Part shown: positions 1-15,158 of the stretch, one piece after another
Layout of the letters: every line of letters starts with the position of its first letter
How positions within the stretch are numbered: the stretch's first letter is position 1
NCBI GenBank assembly: GCA_012295275.1
Contig: CM022672.1
Location: 2,232,001-2,296,000, forward strand
Length of the DNA: 64,000 bases
Source: Chrysomallon squamiferum
Taxonomy: Eukaryota > Animalia > Mollusca
Reading direction: 5' to 3'
The notes under the pieces: model-generated
Seen by the model: only the letters and a program-made list of their open reading frames with translations
Database searches by the model: none
What the model was told of the DNA's origin: nothing
Position numbers and translations under genes: made by a program

Positions 1-4
1 AATA

Positions 5-49
<45 letters not shown>

Positions 50-721
50 TTATTTAAATATTTATTATTCTCTTATTGCATATCTTTTATCAATCAATAT
101 ATTTTGCTGTTCAGAATGTGCAAATTTCAATATGATTGTACCTAACCTAATTGTCCGTTTCACAGTTACGGACAAAACGGCCACTGACAATTAGCACGTA
201 CAAGAAATTTTTTTAAAAAGGGACGAACAAACAAATAACAGTATAGGAACCACGTAATATTTTTTATTACTGAAATTAATTTTTTTCTTCATCATTTTTT
301 TTTTTTTCGTAACGAAACATATGAACGCGTGCATCGATTTTTCTCCCCCCAGCTCTGTATTTCTCTCTACCATCGAAGAATGATCGTCGTTGTTGTTTGT
401 ATAAAAGAAATAGGCCTTTATCATAGTGTGTGTTACAATAGTAAAGTCACCTTTATGTTTGATACTTCTATTACAATATAGTCACAGTTTTTGTGATTGG
501 TGTAGCAACTGGATCGGAAATGTAAAGTCGTCATTTCCTTCCTGTTTGTATCATAATTTGCTATTACTGACAGAGACAGTTGTAGCTGCGTTTTCAGCAT
601 GTGGTTTTCTCCACTTACAATAGCTTGGGCAAACGGGAAAAACCTAATTTGGTAACTTTATACATTGTGACCAAGTTTACTGTTCATGTTCGGAAATCGG
701 TAATTAGGTCACACATACACA

Positions 722-725
<4 letters not shown>

Positions 726-783
<58 letters not shown>
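726..783. repeat. (CT)n microsatellite; similar tracts at ~38137-38229, 40451-40538, 40722-40832, 46417-46474, 47926-48014, 48425-48500, 54117-54188, 60880-60955, 63572-63647
   Basis: Direct reading; source of the ERERE/SLSLS pseudo-ORFs. Confidence 0.95.
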
Positions 784-786
<3 letters not shown>

Positions 787-1876
787 GACACACAAACAAA
801 CATGAAGTGCACACACGAACGCAAACATGAACACTGAATCAAATATATACAAATGATCTCCGTATCTGTGTGTCCTTTCTGTCAACAATGTGTTAAAACA
901 TTCATCATTGTATGACTCACAGTGGCGGGGATAGGGGAAGCAGACAAAATGGAATATTAAGGCCAAGCAAATCGGACGCTTAGCTGTTGCTGCTTTTTAT
1001 TAAAAATCACATCAAATTTCAAGCAAAAAAAACCCCAACAGGCCTCATTTGTCCTCTAAAACAGTCCTTTTACTTCTTAAGCTTCACTGAGTTACTTGTG
1101 TAAGTAATTTTATGTTAATGTCAGTTTTGGGCAGTAAAAGAAAAAAAAAAATTTGACATGAATATTATTTTATGAAAAGAAGGAGGGGAAAAAAAACAAA
1201 AAAAAACAGAAAATAAAAAAATAAATATGACATCATTATGTTATCATGTGGATTTTGTTTGAAAATTAAGTGACAAAAATACGAATGCATCTAATTATAT
1301 TATCTAATGACAGGTAAGACACATTTGTTTGAAGCATTATTTAGCTAACTACTTAAACAGTATATATTCATACTTAAGTTTTATACAATGAATTTGTTTT
1401 CTGTATTTAGATAATTAAAAAATACATGTAAATAGATATTGGTAGATACGATCATATTTGATGGTAGTATTATTAGCAGTAACTACTGCCGTTCTCATCC
1501 CAGTTAATTCCCAAATGGCATGGTATGTACTTCCCTGAGAAGTGGGAGGTTCATACAAATGACCATTTGCTGCTGAATGTTACAGAATAGGCCACTGTGT
1601 GGTGACAGGGGATTATATGTGGAAAACTATATAGCCTGTGGAAATTACTGAAACTGTATCTCTCTTCAAACACTTGAAACCCATATTTCAGATAACTGCA
1701 CCATAACAGAACTTCTATTTCAGATGTCCCCCAGATCATATGCCAAATGTGCTGTATCTTATAATATGTCACACTGGCGGAATCAGGTTTCCACAATAAG
1801 ATGTTAATTTTTTTTACTAAATCCCTAATTAAAATAACGATTAAGCATGAAGATTATGTTAAAAAAATAGTTGACA

Positions 1877-2727
1877 GTGTAAATGAATATTTGCTCCCCC
1901 CAAGAACATACATTTGGCAAATATTTGTACCCACAGTGGTATCAGGTTGAAATTTTCATACTTGGATAAAAATATATTTTTAGAAATTCATATTCATCAT
2001 TATTTTCACACCAGTATAATACTCTGCTTTGAAATGTGCATAGTGTGAAAGACTGGGTAATTTGTAACAGCACTCTAAGTGTTGAGTAAGTCTTTTCAAT
2101 CAATTTAACACCTCTAGTACATGCTGTTACCACATATTCTTTACAACTGTGTTTGATCTGTTGTTTGAGAAGGTGAACATACTTAACAGAATTACAAGCT
2201 TGACTGATTCACTGGGTAATCCTCATCATAATCTCTGGTGGTAATCAACATGAAGATCTTATCTGTGGAGTCAGTTTGACACTTCACTGACTCAGGTCCT
2301 GACATTTTGTCAAAAAATTTCAGATGCTGTGTATTATTGTAGCACTTTATTTAAAAGATTGAGCCACGCTGCATTATGTTTCAAAGAGAGGTCATGCATA
2401 GACTGTGATACAATCAAAAAACAGAATAAAAGAGTGATCAGTGATAAATGGATTTAAGAACGACTGTTTTCAGCTTCATTCAAAAAAAAAGAATATCTCT
2501 ATTTTCGAGATGGGAGTGGTGATCATGTACTCGGGGCAAATATATTCCCCCAGTTACTTCTCTACAATTTATTAAATCTGTTTTTGTGAATCTGTTTGCA
2601 GTGAAGTTTAGTCAACAGGTGCACACTGCATACAGTAATTATCACAAGTAGAATACAGAACTACACCTCAAAATAACCACAAAGTGGATGGATCAAAAGT
2701 TCGGGGGGAACAAATATTCCCTGACAC
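1877..2727. mobile_element. Putative non-autonomous DNA transposon with ~25-bp terminal inverted repeats
   Basis: GTGTAAATGAATATTTGCTCCCCCC (1877-1901) versus the reverse complement of 2703-2727, GTGTCAGGGAATATTTGTTCCCCCC (21/25). A related internal motif lies near 2533. Confidence 0.5.
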
Positions 2728-5700
2728 AGGAATAGTCTTAGATGAATTTTCACATTTAAAATAAATTGTCATAATTGTCATAGATAAAAAGTTATTGTAA
2801 ATAAATAAATCAACTAAGATATATTAAGGAAATCTTTATTTGTATAAAATAATGTTCATAATTTTTTACACATTCTGGAATGTATTGATACAAAATGGAA
2901 ATATGGACAGTAAAAAAAAAAACAGTCTAAGTGACATGAAAAACTAGACTTGCATTATGCTGATTATATTTATATATATATTTGATTTTACATTTCTTTT
3001 ATAAAATGATAAGCATATAATGTTTTAACTAGTAATTATGTACATTTATAATCTGCATCATAAATAAGGCACAAAATGCCACCTACAAGATCTTTTCTAA
3101 TATTTTATGACAATTGGGGTTGTCATCAGCAATTTATCATCATTTATACAAGCAAAAAGTCCAAGCATTTTGAAGATTTAAGTAAAAAATTCAATTAAAA
3201 CTTTGAAATAATGGATTTCTGGTATTTCTTATAAATCTGTTAAACCAGTAATTAATCTTAAGTATTATAAAAAATTATAGTATTTATTATTATTATTATT
3301 ATTATTTTTTTTTTTTATTAAAGATATATATAATATTTACTACTTCCTTTATATTTTGACAGTTTCATAAAAATAAGAACTGAAGATAAATCATAAAAGG
3401 AATTATAAATCATAACAACATTTATTCTATTACAAGCTTTTGGCACTTTCATAATAATTTCATTTATTAAACATTTTTCTTTTGATTCCCCATGGCCAGT
3501 AATGATAATAAAAAAATAAACTTTATTTATCTTGATAAATTATGGAAATTTCAGATTTTTTTTTTTTTTTTTTTTTTTCTCAAATACTTTTTATTTCATG
3601 CTAGTTATCTTTTTACTTTTCTTTCATCATAATAAAAGCATAAATATAAGCCTCCAAGCATTCTCACAATTCATATTGCATTTTATTATTAGCAAAAGTA
3701 GAAAGTAATAACACAGTAAACTGGAATTATGAAAAATCTGTTAATGCATTTATAGATACAATCAGAGATGTATATACTTCATTTAATTACAGATTGGTAA
3801 CAGATGTTGTGACTAAACTAACTTCATTTCACACATACTGAAAATAAAATACTTTCATTTCAGCACATTATCTATAGTTTCTACAAATGCTTTTTGTAAA
3901 AAAAAATATACAAAATGAACTCGGAATTAAACTGATCATATGAAGGTCTAGGGAAAGGGATTAATCTTTAAACACTTCTTTTTTTGTACACAGTAAAACA
4001 CTTCTTTAAATTACAGTTCCCTCATTTCTGACATATTGGATATGCCTGGCTGGTTCTGTCATTAGCTGTTCATAAATTTGGAATGTAAAACAAAATTACC
4101 TCGTGCAAATCAGCAGTTTTCTCATTAAATACCTCTGTACATGCCTCTAACTAAACAAGCTAACGGGCATACAAACAAAAGATTTAAAATTCACATAAAG
4201 GTTGCAGAAGTAAAGGTAACGAACAGAAAATGGGCAGGTCAGATATACAGAATATAAGACAAATCTTACGATCATCATGTTTTATCATACGGAAATCACA
4301 GGAAGGGAAACAATACAGAGACAATTTTAAAATATTTTATTAATACACATTCTTCTCAGTGTTTAAGAAGTTATTAAAATATGATACAAAATTAAAAACA
4401 AATAGTTATAAAGTGTAAAAATAATGTTTAAAAGTTTATTTAAAACATTATAAAATATTTATAAAACATAACTAGTATAGCAAACAGTGGAATGTACATG
4501 TAAAGATTAAAACTAATACTGCAGTTTAGAAGTTAAGCCTTTAAGCAAACAGCTATTCATGAATATTTTTTAACAATTTTTCGACTAATGTAAACATAAA
4601 AAACAAGTCTTAAAAAAAAAAAAACAGGTTAAATTCACTCTGACTTATCTCATCAACCAAGTTTTCCTTGGAATCTGCAGCATCCACATACATTAACTGA
4701 TGTATGTTCTTGTTAAAAAAATAGCAGATAGATATATACATGTGGTTTCCGCTTCATATTTGGAATATATTTGTATTTAACATTAATTAAAAAAGAAATG
4801 ATGTAGACAGTTAGCTTACTCTGATGTACAAGAAGGCTATTTTGTCCTAAACTTTTAAAAGCTTGTAAAATATATTCTTTCCTCTAAAAAAAAATTACTT
4901 AAAAATATAGAAGTTTAGACTTCCAAATACTATTCAACCTCTGCAAACTAATAAAAAAAAAAAAAAAAAATCTTCTGGTGGTCAATATTAATCCCAAAAA
5001 TAAACAGCATCCTCATCTGCCCCAAAAGTACAGTTATGATCTTCTAAGTTTTACAAATGTTTATATATATAAACATAAACAATTGTCAGAGTCACCCTGG
5101 GTAGCCTTAGACAATGTGACATCTAAAATATTAAGTTAATACAGATAAATGTTTTGGGAAATATTTGTAAATATACAATTTAACAAAATTAAAACAGATC
5201 TTATAAATATTTACAAGCTACAATTTACAAATTTGATTAAAAACTTGTTTTTCTTTATTTGTGTAAAACAAAATTAAAGATCAAGTTTCTGTAATTAATG
5301 TAAAATTATGTAGTGCCTTTTTACTGGGTTGCCTCCCATTTTGTTATCCATTTTCAAATATATTAATCTAAACAGAAATATGTAGTCCAGGAATATAAAA
5401 CAAAATTACTATAAAAAAAATTCTTATTAAGACAGTTGTAATTATGACTGGATACAAAAACTAGGAAAAAAATTAATTTTTTTTAATTAATAAATGAAAT
5501 TCCATGTCCACTTCAATTTAAATATGACATAAGCATAGTAATTTAGTGCTAGCAACATTTTACATGCTATTTATTAATAAAAATATGAATATCATAATTT
5601 CATGTATTTATTCAAATTTTACATTCTAAGAAAAGAGAAAATTGATATTACTGAAGTGTATAACAAATGGGGCTGCATCTCTCTTTTTATTTGTGTGCCC

Positions 5701-5965
5701 ATTTGGACATTGGCACCATCATCTGTTTTGTCTAAAGGACAACAAAGATTTTGATCCTAGCTTACTCTTAATTAGACTGATTACTCATTGTGAACTGCAT
5801 ACAGAACAATTTCGAAAGATCTTAAAAACACTCCTCAAATCTTCTTTTGACAATTTTGTGCAGAAGAGAGACTGTAAAGCAGTTATCTTTGTTCAGAAAT
5901 GAAATGATACACTATTTACAAATGAATACTTATTTTTTTTTAAAAAAGGTTATTTTTTGGTTCTG

Positions 5966-8900
5966 TTACAACAGTAACTTCACCAAACAGAACAGTATGG
6001 ACAGCACCATGACCTGAGGTGATAGAGATGATGCAGAGTCGAGAGGAATACAAGTGTACTTGTGCAAATTTTCAATCTGGGCTATGAAGTCTCTGCCAAG
6101 CCATTTTGTGTAGTGTTGTCTGTCTTGTGGAATCTTCATCAGTCTCACTGCAGCATCTGTAAACATGAGGTCAGTGTACCACGTCCCAGAATCAAACATG
6201 TGGAAGTCTCCATCACTGAAAACAAAGAAGAAAAACAGTTATACACTGAAAAGTTATGGCACATTATATTTCACTTCTGAAATAAATTAGAAAGAAAAAT
6301 GAAGAATTACAACCTATCAGTTATTGTTTATCAAATTTTATACTGGAATAATTAGCCTAAATATAGTTTCTACACTGATAAGTGACTGTTTTTATTCTTT
6401 TTAACCTTTCCTAATAACATAGTGGTTACAACACAGTGGAATTGTCAACTTGCACATTCTATTACATAAGAGATTACATATTAAGACTTGTAGTAGTTGT
6501 TGTTGTAAATCAGTAGTTGTGTAGCATTAGTTGGAATGGAAAATAGCTCAACTGAAACACCATGGAGTATTTATTCTGGGACACAACATGCAAAAAGCCT
6601 GAGCCTTAAACAATGATTTTAACAGCAAACTGTTACAATTCAATTTTACTCACATATCCGAGGAAAAGAACTGCTGTCCATAATTTAAGAAGATTCCAGA
6701 TGATTTCTCTTGTCTCTATGTTTTTGTAATCTGAAAATATAAATCAGGCCAAATTGTAAGTAGATTCCAAAATAAGAATGAAATGATCTTGATACTGTAA
6801 GTAAAAAAAAAACAGAAAAGAAAAAGAAAATATCCTGTTGAAGGCTGTTAATTTTATTACACTCATTATCTTGGACTGAGTGTAAAATATTCACTGATGA
6901 TTCACATTGTGAATTCGTATTTTTTTAGAACAATATTCTATAACACTTTATATCAAAAATTAGCAGAATATAGTATGCTTTTTTTATAGGTGCTTCTTGC
7001 CAATATGAAAAAAAAGCACAAACTTTTGGATTAGCAGCAAGTGATATGATGTTTGCAAAACATATTATTTATAATCTATCAAACATGGAGCTCAGGCTGG
7101 AATGGTTAAAAAGCAAAAAATAACATCTTGCTGCTTACCAGACATAACAATTGCATTTCCTGGCACCTCTCCCAAGTGACACTGGCTGAATTTGTCAATG
7201 TTCACACGACTCCCGTCCTTACACAGAAGTTCATAGTCGTCTGAGCGACGATTTCGTGCCCAGCTGGCGTGGTTCCGTCCATCAGTGTTGTCTCGAACCG
7301 TCAGGTGGCGAATGAATGCGACATCACCTCCACCTGAAAATTATTTACAGTAAAATAAAATAGTGGCTTTCAGGTAACACACACATGTAAATATATGTAA
7401 AAAACAACAACAAGTTATTGAATTTATTTATAACTTAAATTAACACACACATGGACTTTTTTTTTCTAATAGACCCTCTGTAGGTGTGGATGTTTCCCAG
7501 TGAGGTGATCTCTAGTCAGAAATGTATACATTTTTTTTACATGTAAATAATTTTTCTTTTGCATAAGTACACAGATCACTAGATATATTGTATGGGCACT
7601 ATAAATGTATCATATAACAATGTGTGACATAAATCTGTTACAAAGAAAGATTACAATTTTGTTTAGGAACATTTCTGAGAAAGAAAAAATCCTTAATAAA
7701 TCTTAATATTGAAATCTAATTAAAAGGCATTTATAAAATTTTGACAACATTAATGTGTTGTCCATTCTTGTAGGGACTGTTGGATAGGTTTTGACATGTA
7801 CCACTGGTTACACATGATTTTACATATATACAAAAATCAAACAAGATGAAAAAGGTAACTGATGTCCTGTAGAACAACTGACTGCCAAGACTTACGTTCC
7901 ACAAGGCATCTGAAGGCACCAGCTGCTCCGTAGTACTGCTCTTCAGCATTCCTCATACATTTGCGATAACCATTGGCTCCACAACCCTCACACAGACTTA
8001 TTGGTTTCTGGTCTGGGTTATATTCTTTGTCCAGTGATCCAGGGATACAACTTCTTATGAAAAGTTGACCTTAATTTTTTTTAGAAAATCACTTATAATA
8101 ATATTACACTGATTCATATAATTAAAAAAAAAAAAAAAAAAAAAAAAAATAAACAACACCATTAAACTAATGAATTCTTATGTATTTAAATTCCTAATTC
8201 TGATAGTATTAATCTATTCATTCTCCAAATTCTGATATTATTAAACTACTCATTCTGTTACTGTTAAATCGTTCAGTGTTTGTAATAAAAATAATTGTTA
8301 GCATTTGTTAAATTAAAATTAAAAATGGAGCAAATCTAAATTTGATTTTCAAATGAAAATTTCATACATACATACATATATATATATACACACACACACA
8401 CATAAAATGTTCATATACAATCTTGAAATTATAATGAAAAGAAAAATTTTATTTGAATAAATACAAGTTTGATTCAGTTGCTTTGACTTGAATGAGAAAT
8501 TGCCCAAGGTTCAGAAACCACTGGTTATATATTCTCAGTTTTAACATGTATAATGAAAATATCATTATAGATGAATTATTCCTTATTTGTGAACCCCAAC
8601 CCAACTAATCTATTCCCAACAAGACAAAATTAATATGGTAAATACAGATGCAGCCTGTTATACAATGTTTCAGAAACTTAAAAAATAAATTAGGAATTAA
8701 TTATCTTAGAATTTATATTTTTACACAACTCTAGTAATCAAAGGATAACCATGTAATTACCATGTTTCAGAAAAATAGAATTCTTACCTAGGTTTTCAAA
8801 CATACTGCAGTCATTGGGCATAAACTGTTCTGTCTCTATGTAGATGTTCAGAGGCACAATCCACCCATCTCCTCTTCCAATACCTGGCTGACAGGATCTC

Positions 8901-10682
8901 TTTCCTGAAGCAGACATGATGTTTTGTTATCTATCTGTCTGTCTATATTTATAACTATACCTAAATCTATTTATCTCTGTCTGCCTCTTGTCTTAAATGA
9001 ATTTTTGTGCATCAGTATGTAGGACCATGAAAATGACAGTAGACTGAATGTCTAAAACATTTTCTCAACTTGATAATAACTGATAAAACTGGAGTAGTAA
9101 TAGTAACTGTAGCAGTAGTAGTTAACAAGTTAAATTTGTAGAAGCTAAACCTGAACAGGTTAAAATGTTTTTAAAGAGTTTAGTTTAAATCAGTTCTTGA
9201 TAACAAACACAATCATATACAGCACAAATAATTATTAATCAGAATAGTGTTAGATTTGCAAAAACTGATTACGAATAACTACAATTTTAACTGTAATAAA
9301 TTATTATTAATCAGTTCCCAAAAGAAACAAATTTACTATCTGAAAATTATATGACAGCGACTAATACATTCATAAATGTTTTATGTGGGAAAAATATTAG
9401 CAGTAAATCTTCAAATGTACCAAATTTATAATTTCTAAACTGAATTATATACCTATGCTTAGAATTCCCAAAACAGACCTTAATTAATGCCAAACTAGTA
9501 ATATTGATTAATAAAAAGCATAATTAGCTGCACTGAATAAGTCCAGTATAGGAACTCAAATCACTTGGGAAAAAAAATGGATGTTCATTTTTATTTAGTT
9601 TTAATTTATAAAAGATTAAAATAATGTTTATTCAGAATATGGCCAGTTAATTAGCTAACTATCTTTATCCAGTATTTGTGATAATAATGGAACATTTTTG
9701 TATCTGTGGTTTGAATATAGCTCTGTTTCAGGAAAGTCATTTAAACCTTTGTTGAAAAGGCCATTGATACTGTAGATGTTTAAATATGTATGTAGTATGA
9801 TTGTCATATATTCTTAAAGTAACTAAATGTTTTTAAAAAGGTCTCTAACCTTTCATGTTGAAGAGAGTCAATATTTTGTCAGTTTTCCTAGCTGCAGCAA
9901 CCACTTTGAACTTCATTGACATATCCCCATAGTCTTCAGCTGCTACTGGAATCAAGTTGTATTTTCTGAAATACAAAATATTGGTGACAATAAGAGCAAC
10001 TTTTATTTCAAACTGGTATCCACTGTATGCTATTAATAAAGTATAAGCAGTGGAAATTATATTAAATTAAAACAGAGGCATGTACAAATGCATTTTGGTT
10101 ATGTAGGTTTACTATAATCAGGGCTGGACAAGGTTACTCTTTTAACAGTGGTCAGATAGGGACTAGTTTTTTTTACAACTTTAGGCTTCAACAAATCTAA
10201 ATCTGGGATATTTCAATAAAAATAAATGATGACTTCAATAAAAAAAAAAAAAAAAAAAAAACCACAAACGAAAACAGAATAAATTTAAATAAATATAAAA
10301 AATATAACAAACTAAATTAATAACTCTTTAACTGAAGGAAACAACAAGAACAATAATCAAAAGCTAAAAAAGAAAAAGAAAAAGATCATCTTAAAGGCTT
10401 GCCTTCCAGCCAAATAGACATCGCCAGCATCAAGATTCATTATATCAGCATATCCATTTCTGATCATCTCCATGCACGTTGTTGTGTCTTTTCCCAGCAA
10501 GCAGTCCAGTTCAGGACGCAGGTCTTTGGCCTTGAAAGCCATGATCATAGTCTCACACTTCTCCTTCTCGGGCTGCGAGATCACACACCAGCGAACCACC
10601 TTTATTGGGCAGAAGTTCATCTTGCTCAAAATAGTAACAAAATCTGGACCTGCAAACAATAATAATAGTAATAATAGTAATA

Positions 10683-10743
<61 letters not shown>

Positions 10744-11100
10744 TAATAATAATAATAATAATAGTAATAATAGTAATAATAATAGTAGTAATAATAATAG
10801 TAATAACAGTAATAATAATAGTAATAACAGTGATAATAATAGTAACAGTAGCAGTAATAATAATAGTAGCAATAATAGCAATAACAGCAATAAAAGCAAT
10901 AATAATATTAATGATGATGAAGATAATAAACTTTCATTAACAAATACACATACATAAAGAGAGGACCAAGTTAAAAGTTTGATTTTGGAGAGATATATTG
11001 TCAATGAAAAAACAACCATGGGAATGTTAAATTTAGAACTTTCATTGACAACAAGTTAAATCAAAACTCAGGTTTATTGTCTAGATATGTAAATCATGGA

Positions 11101-11131
<31 letters not shown>

Positions 11132-14100
11132 AAATAATTATAATAATAATAATAATAAAACATCTGAATTGAAACCATGACAACCTACTGAACATTCTTT
11201 CTATCATACTTGTACTGTTCTTAAGTACTTAATCACTACCTGTTCTAACACACGTCCCTAAGAACATTAACAAGCATGAAAAAGAGGAACAAGCCAAAAG
11301 CCAAAACACCTTTTCAACTTACCAACCCAGGTGTAGTAGGTGTGTGCTTTTACGTCAATCAGCTCCTTGGTTGAATCAGAAAACATCAAGTTCTTTCTGT
11401 TGTAGATGGTGCCCAGGTGGTCCCGGACGTTCTCCGAGCTGAACATGTCAAAGCGGCTGTTGTATTTTCCACCTGGTTTGAACCAGTCGGACGCATTCAG
11501 AAGAAATCGTTTGTAGCCCTCAATGATTGGCTGTTCGCGGACACCTGATGTCATGACGATATCAGACGGGACCACGCCCCAGTTACATTTTGCATATTCT
11601 GAGACTGGTTGCTGGGTTCCATCAGGACAGAGCAGGGTGAACATCTGCAGAGAATGATACTTAATGAAATCTGTTTTTAATTATTTATATAATTTATAAA
11701 GGAAACTGACACACACACACACACACATAAAGTATGTTTACACATACAAACAGATACACACATTTTATATATAGTTTTTTTTTTACATTATAAATTCGAT
11801 CACTATATATATTTCTGTTTTTTAATTATAAATTTAAAATACATGTATTCTTGAAGATAAATACAAAAATTATCCCCTATTTCTTTCTATTCCTGTCTGC
11901 TGCAGGTAGGCACATTATATAGGTATGATGTAAGTATGTGTGTATGCATGTGGTTAGGTATTCCTGTCTGTCTATGCATTTGAGTTTAATCACACAAACT
12001 ACTTCACACATACGTCTTCAGACAGATTTGGATCATTCTGCGTCATCATCGTGACTGTGTCGTGTCTGAGGAAGGTCAGGTCACCATTGTGACTGGCCAG
12101 ACAGCGGAAAGCACCATCGAAGCCAGCAGATGGGTCACTGGTCGAACACCTCTCTTCACCTGACCCAGAACACAGCTGACACACAGAGGTGGGGTTGTTA
12201 CCTGTAACGACGAAAAAAAAGCATCAAGGTAATTTACTTTTGATTTTTAACTTATGAGGTAGGATTACTGTTGAAATTGTGAAAAAAGAAATGTATTAAC
12301 ACATGCATTATGATGATATGTGCACAAACACACACAGAGACAAATAGAAACACACACAGAGACAAATAGAAACACACATCTTCAAAGAGGCAAAGTGTTT
12401 GTTTTTACACTGTATCTGTTAAGATGAAAAGATATCAAAGTAATTTACTTGTTGGAATTATAAAAAAAAAAATGATTTTAATATATCCTTATGTTCACTG
12501 ACACATCAACTTCTCCACAAAGGCACAGTTAAAACATAAATTTACCAAAAGGATTATAGAAGGAGGTCAATGCACCAGGCAGACACATTGAATTGAAGAA
12601 ATTGGTGACTGATTTGACAATGGCGTTGCATTCTGTAACAATGATGATCTTTCTGTCCAGCAGGTCTGATATAGGATACAACCAGCCAGCACTGGTACCA
12701 ATACCTACAGAAAGAAAGGGGAAACAAATCAATTAGCTATTTGATGGTTGAATTTATATAAATATATTCTAAAATTCTTATAATCAAACTTTTTACTGGC
12801 TAACTGATGGTCATATTTAAATAAAGAAGAAGAATTAACAAAATGATTGGCTAATTGATCATACTAATTAAAAAATTTGATTGTTTACTGATGGTCACAT
12901 TTCAATACCCAAGAAATTTTTTATAAACTGATGGATTCCACAGTGAGAAGAGTACATATCATATCCACTGTTATTCAAATTGTAGAGCAAAACTCCCAAT
13001 ATAATGATTATGTCAGACAGAATTATATCCCTGCATGATGCCATTTATTTCACGCATGGAAAAATATAGAAAAAATACAATTTACTGTATATATTTATAC
13101 CTGGGAAACATATTTTTTTCTGCATCAGTGTTTCCAGATTAAGTGGATTGTCTTTTCTGAAGACAGCAACAGCAAAATATGTAGGCCTGTCTAATGGAAC
13201 TGAAATAACAGAAATATAATTTTACAGTAGAAATAATTTTAACATAAAGAAACAGCACTTTTATTAACTATTACAAATTCACTATTTTGAGAATCACAAA
13301 AGAACAAAAAAATTGTTTGCCATTAACTAATAAACTTTTATTTTACTGTCACATTTATTTTATAAAGATATATTTAATATAATATTCTATATACCATGAA
13401 TTACAAAAAGTTATTTATTCAGACTCATTTGCTATTGACACTGTAAAACAATGCAGTTTGTTAAATAAGACTAAAACAATGATGTAAAATTAATTTGTAA
13501 CTGATACATTAAAATGTTATACTTGATGTTCTACATTCTGATGCTATTTTGAGTGTAATTAAAGACAAAAGTAATGATATATGCACATAAGTGTCTTGAC
13601 AATTTCACTGTTCTTTAATGCCATTTAAAATATAAAAAAATATAAAAATTAACAAAAAACAAAAATAAAAATAACCCAGATCCTACTTTCCTTCAAGCAA
13701 AGACATCTGTAATAAAAACAATTACATCTATTGCTTTAACCTTGCAGCACGACACCTCTGAAAATTAAGTAATCACAAACAGTCAAACTGATATTACCAG
13801 TGTCATAGTTTTCAGCAAGGAGAGGCATCATATTATGGTAGCGTCCTGCAAAATATCCCTGTCCTGAGTCAAGGGTCATCAGATCAGCGTGGTTTTGTGC
13901 AATCTTCTCCATACACTGGAAGCTGTACAAGATAATTTAAAAAAGTTGTACACTCAGTGGTAGATCTACATTTTTGGGGCCCTGAACTTTAAACAGTTAG
14001 GGGTCTCTATATATTTTTTTTCATCTTGATAACTACTCTTATCTTCAATCGGAGCGCTCCATTACAGGTTTTAAAATGTTTATTAAATTTTTTAAGATAA

Positions 14101-15118
14101 ATTAACTAAAGTTGCTTCTGGTGTCTGTCTGGGATTACGGGCCCTGAAGGTTAAACTTCATTAATTTCTAAATAGATTTGTCCCTGGATAAACTCTAGCA
14201 TATCTGGTGTTCAAGAGGTCATTTTCAATGATTTTATATTCATTATGAGCCAAATATAAATTGACATAATGACAGAGGATGCAAACTGAACTTAAAACTT
14301 TTACTTCAGCCTTTCAGTTTTATTGGCGGAACAAAAATATTCCACATACTAATTAAATGTTCTTGGTGGAAAAAAGAAATATAAACTTTAAACCATTACA
14401 GTGTATTCATCTTTCCAATAATTCTATCTTTGGACTGCACATACTAGTATTTATTTATATTACTTTAATAGTTTTTTGAAAACAATTATTCAACAAGGAC
14501 GAATATATATATATATATATATATCTGTCCTTGCTGAATAATAGCTTAAAAAAATAAAATATAAATAAGCATATGTCCTAACAAAGTCTTTCCTAAAATC
14601 TCAATTTTTTTTCAAATGATTGAGTCATTTAAATCTAAGACATATACATATATATGAAATGAAATTATCTGAACATAAACTAAAAACAAAACAAGAAAAC
14701 TTACACATCCACAGTACGAACACACTGAAAATTTTTAGGGATGTTTTTCTTTTCATCTTCAGGTATGTTCCTGTCATAAAGTATGTCATTCAAGACTTTT
14801 TTAAATGTCTGACACTTCACCTCTTCAGCATCACTGACAACACACCATCTTGTCGCTGTGGAAAACAATGTTACAGTGATGTACAGTTGCACCAAAAGAA
14901 TAGTAACCCAACATACACAACAGAATTAAAGTAAGGAAACTAATAAAAAATAACCTGTTAAATATTAGTATATTTATTATGTGTTAATTATAAACAATAA
15001 ATAAATATTTCCTTGATCTTATTAAGTGACAATAAAAGATCTTTTGAAAATGAACTTTCACAAAAACAGGATATCAGAAACTTTGACATAGCAATTATAG
15101 AACATCTGTTAGAATGAA

Positions 15119-15158
<40 letters not shown>

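Noticed and set aside
1460-1810. Possible plus-strand gene (signal-like MVVLLAVTTAVLIP)
   Set aside because: Stops in all frames and no recognisable homology.
10357-11019. Poly-Leu and poly-Asn ORFs
   Set aside because: Microsatellite read-through; only 10403-10649 is a real exon.
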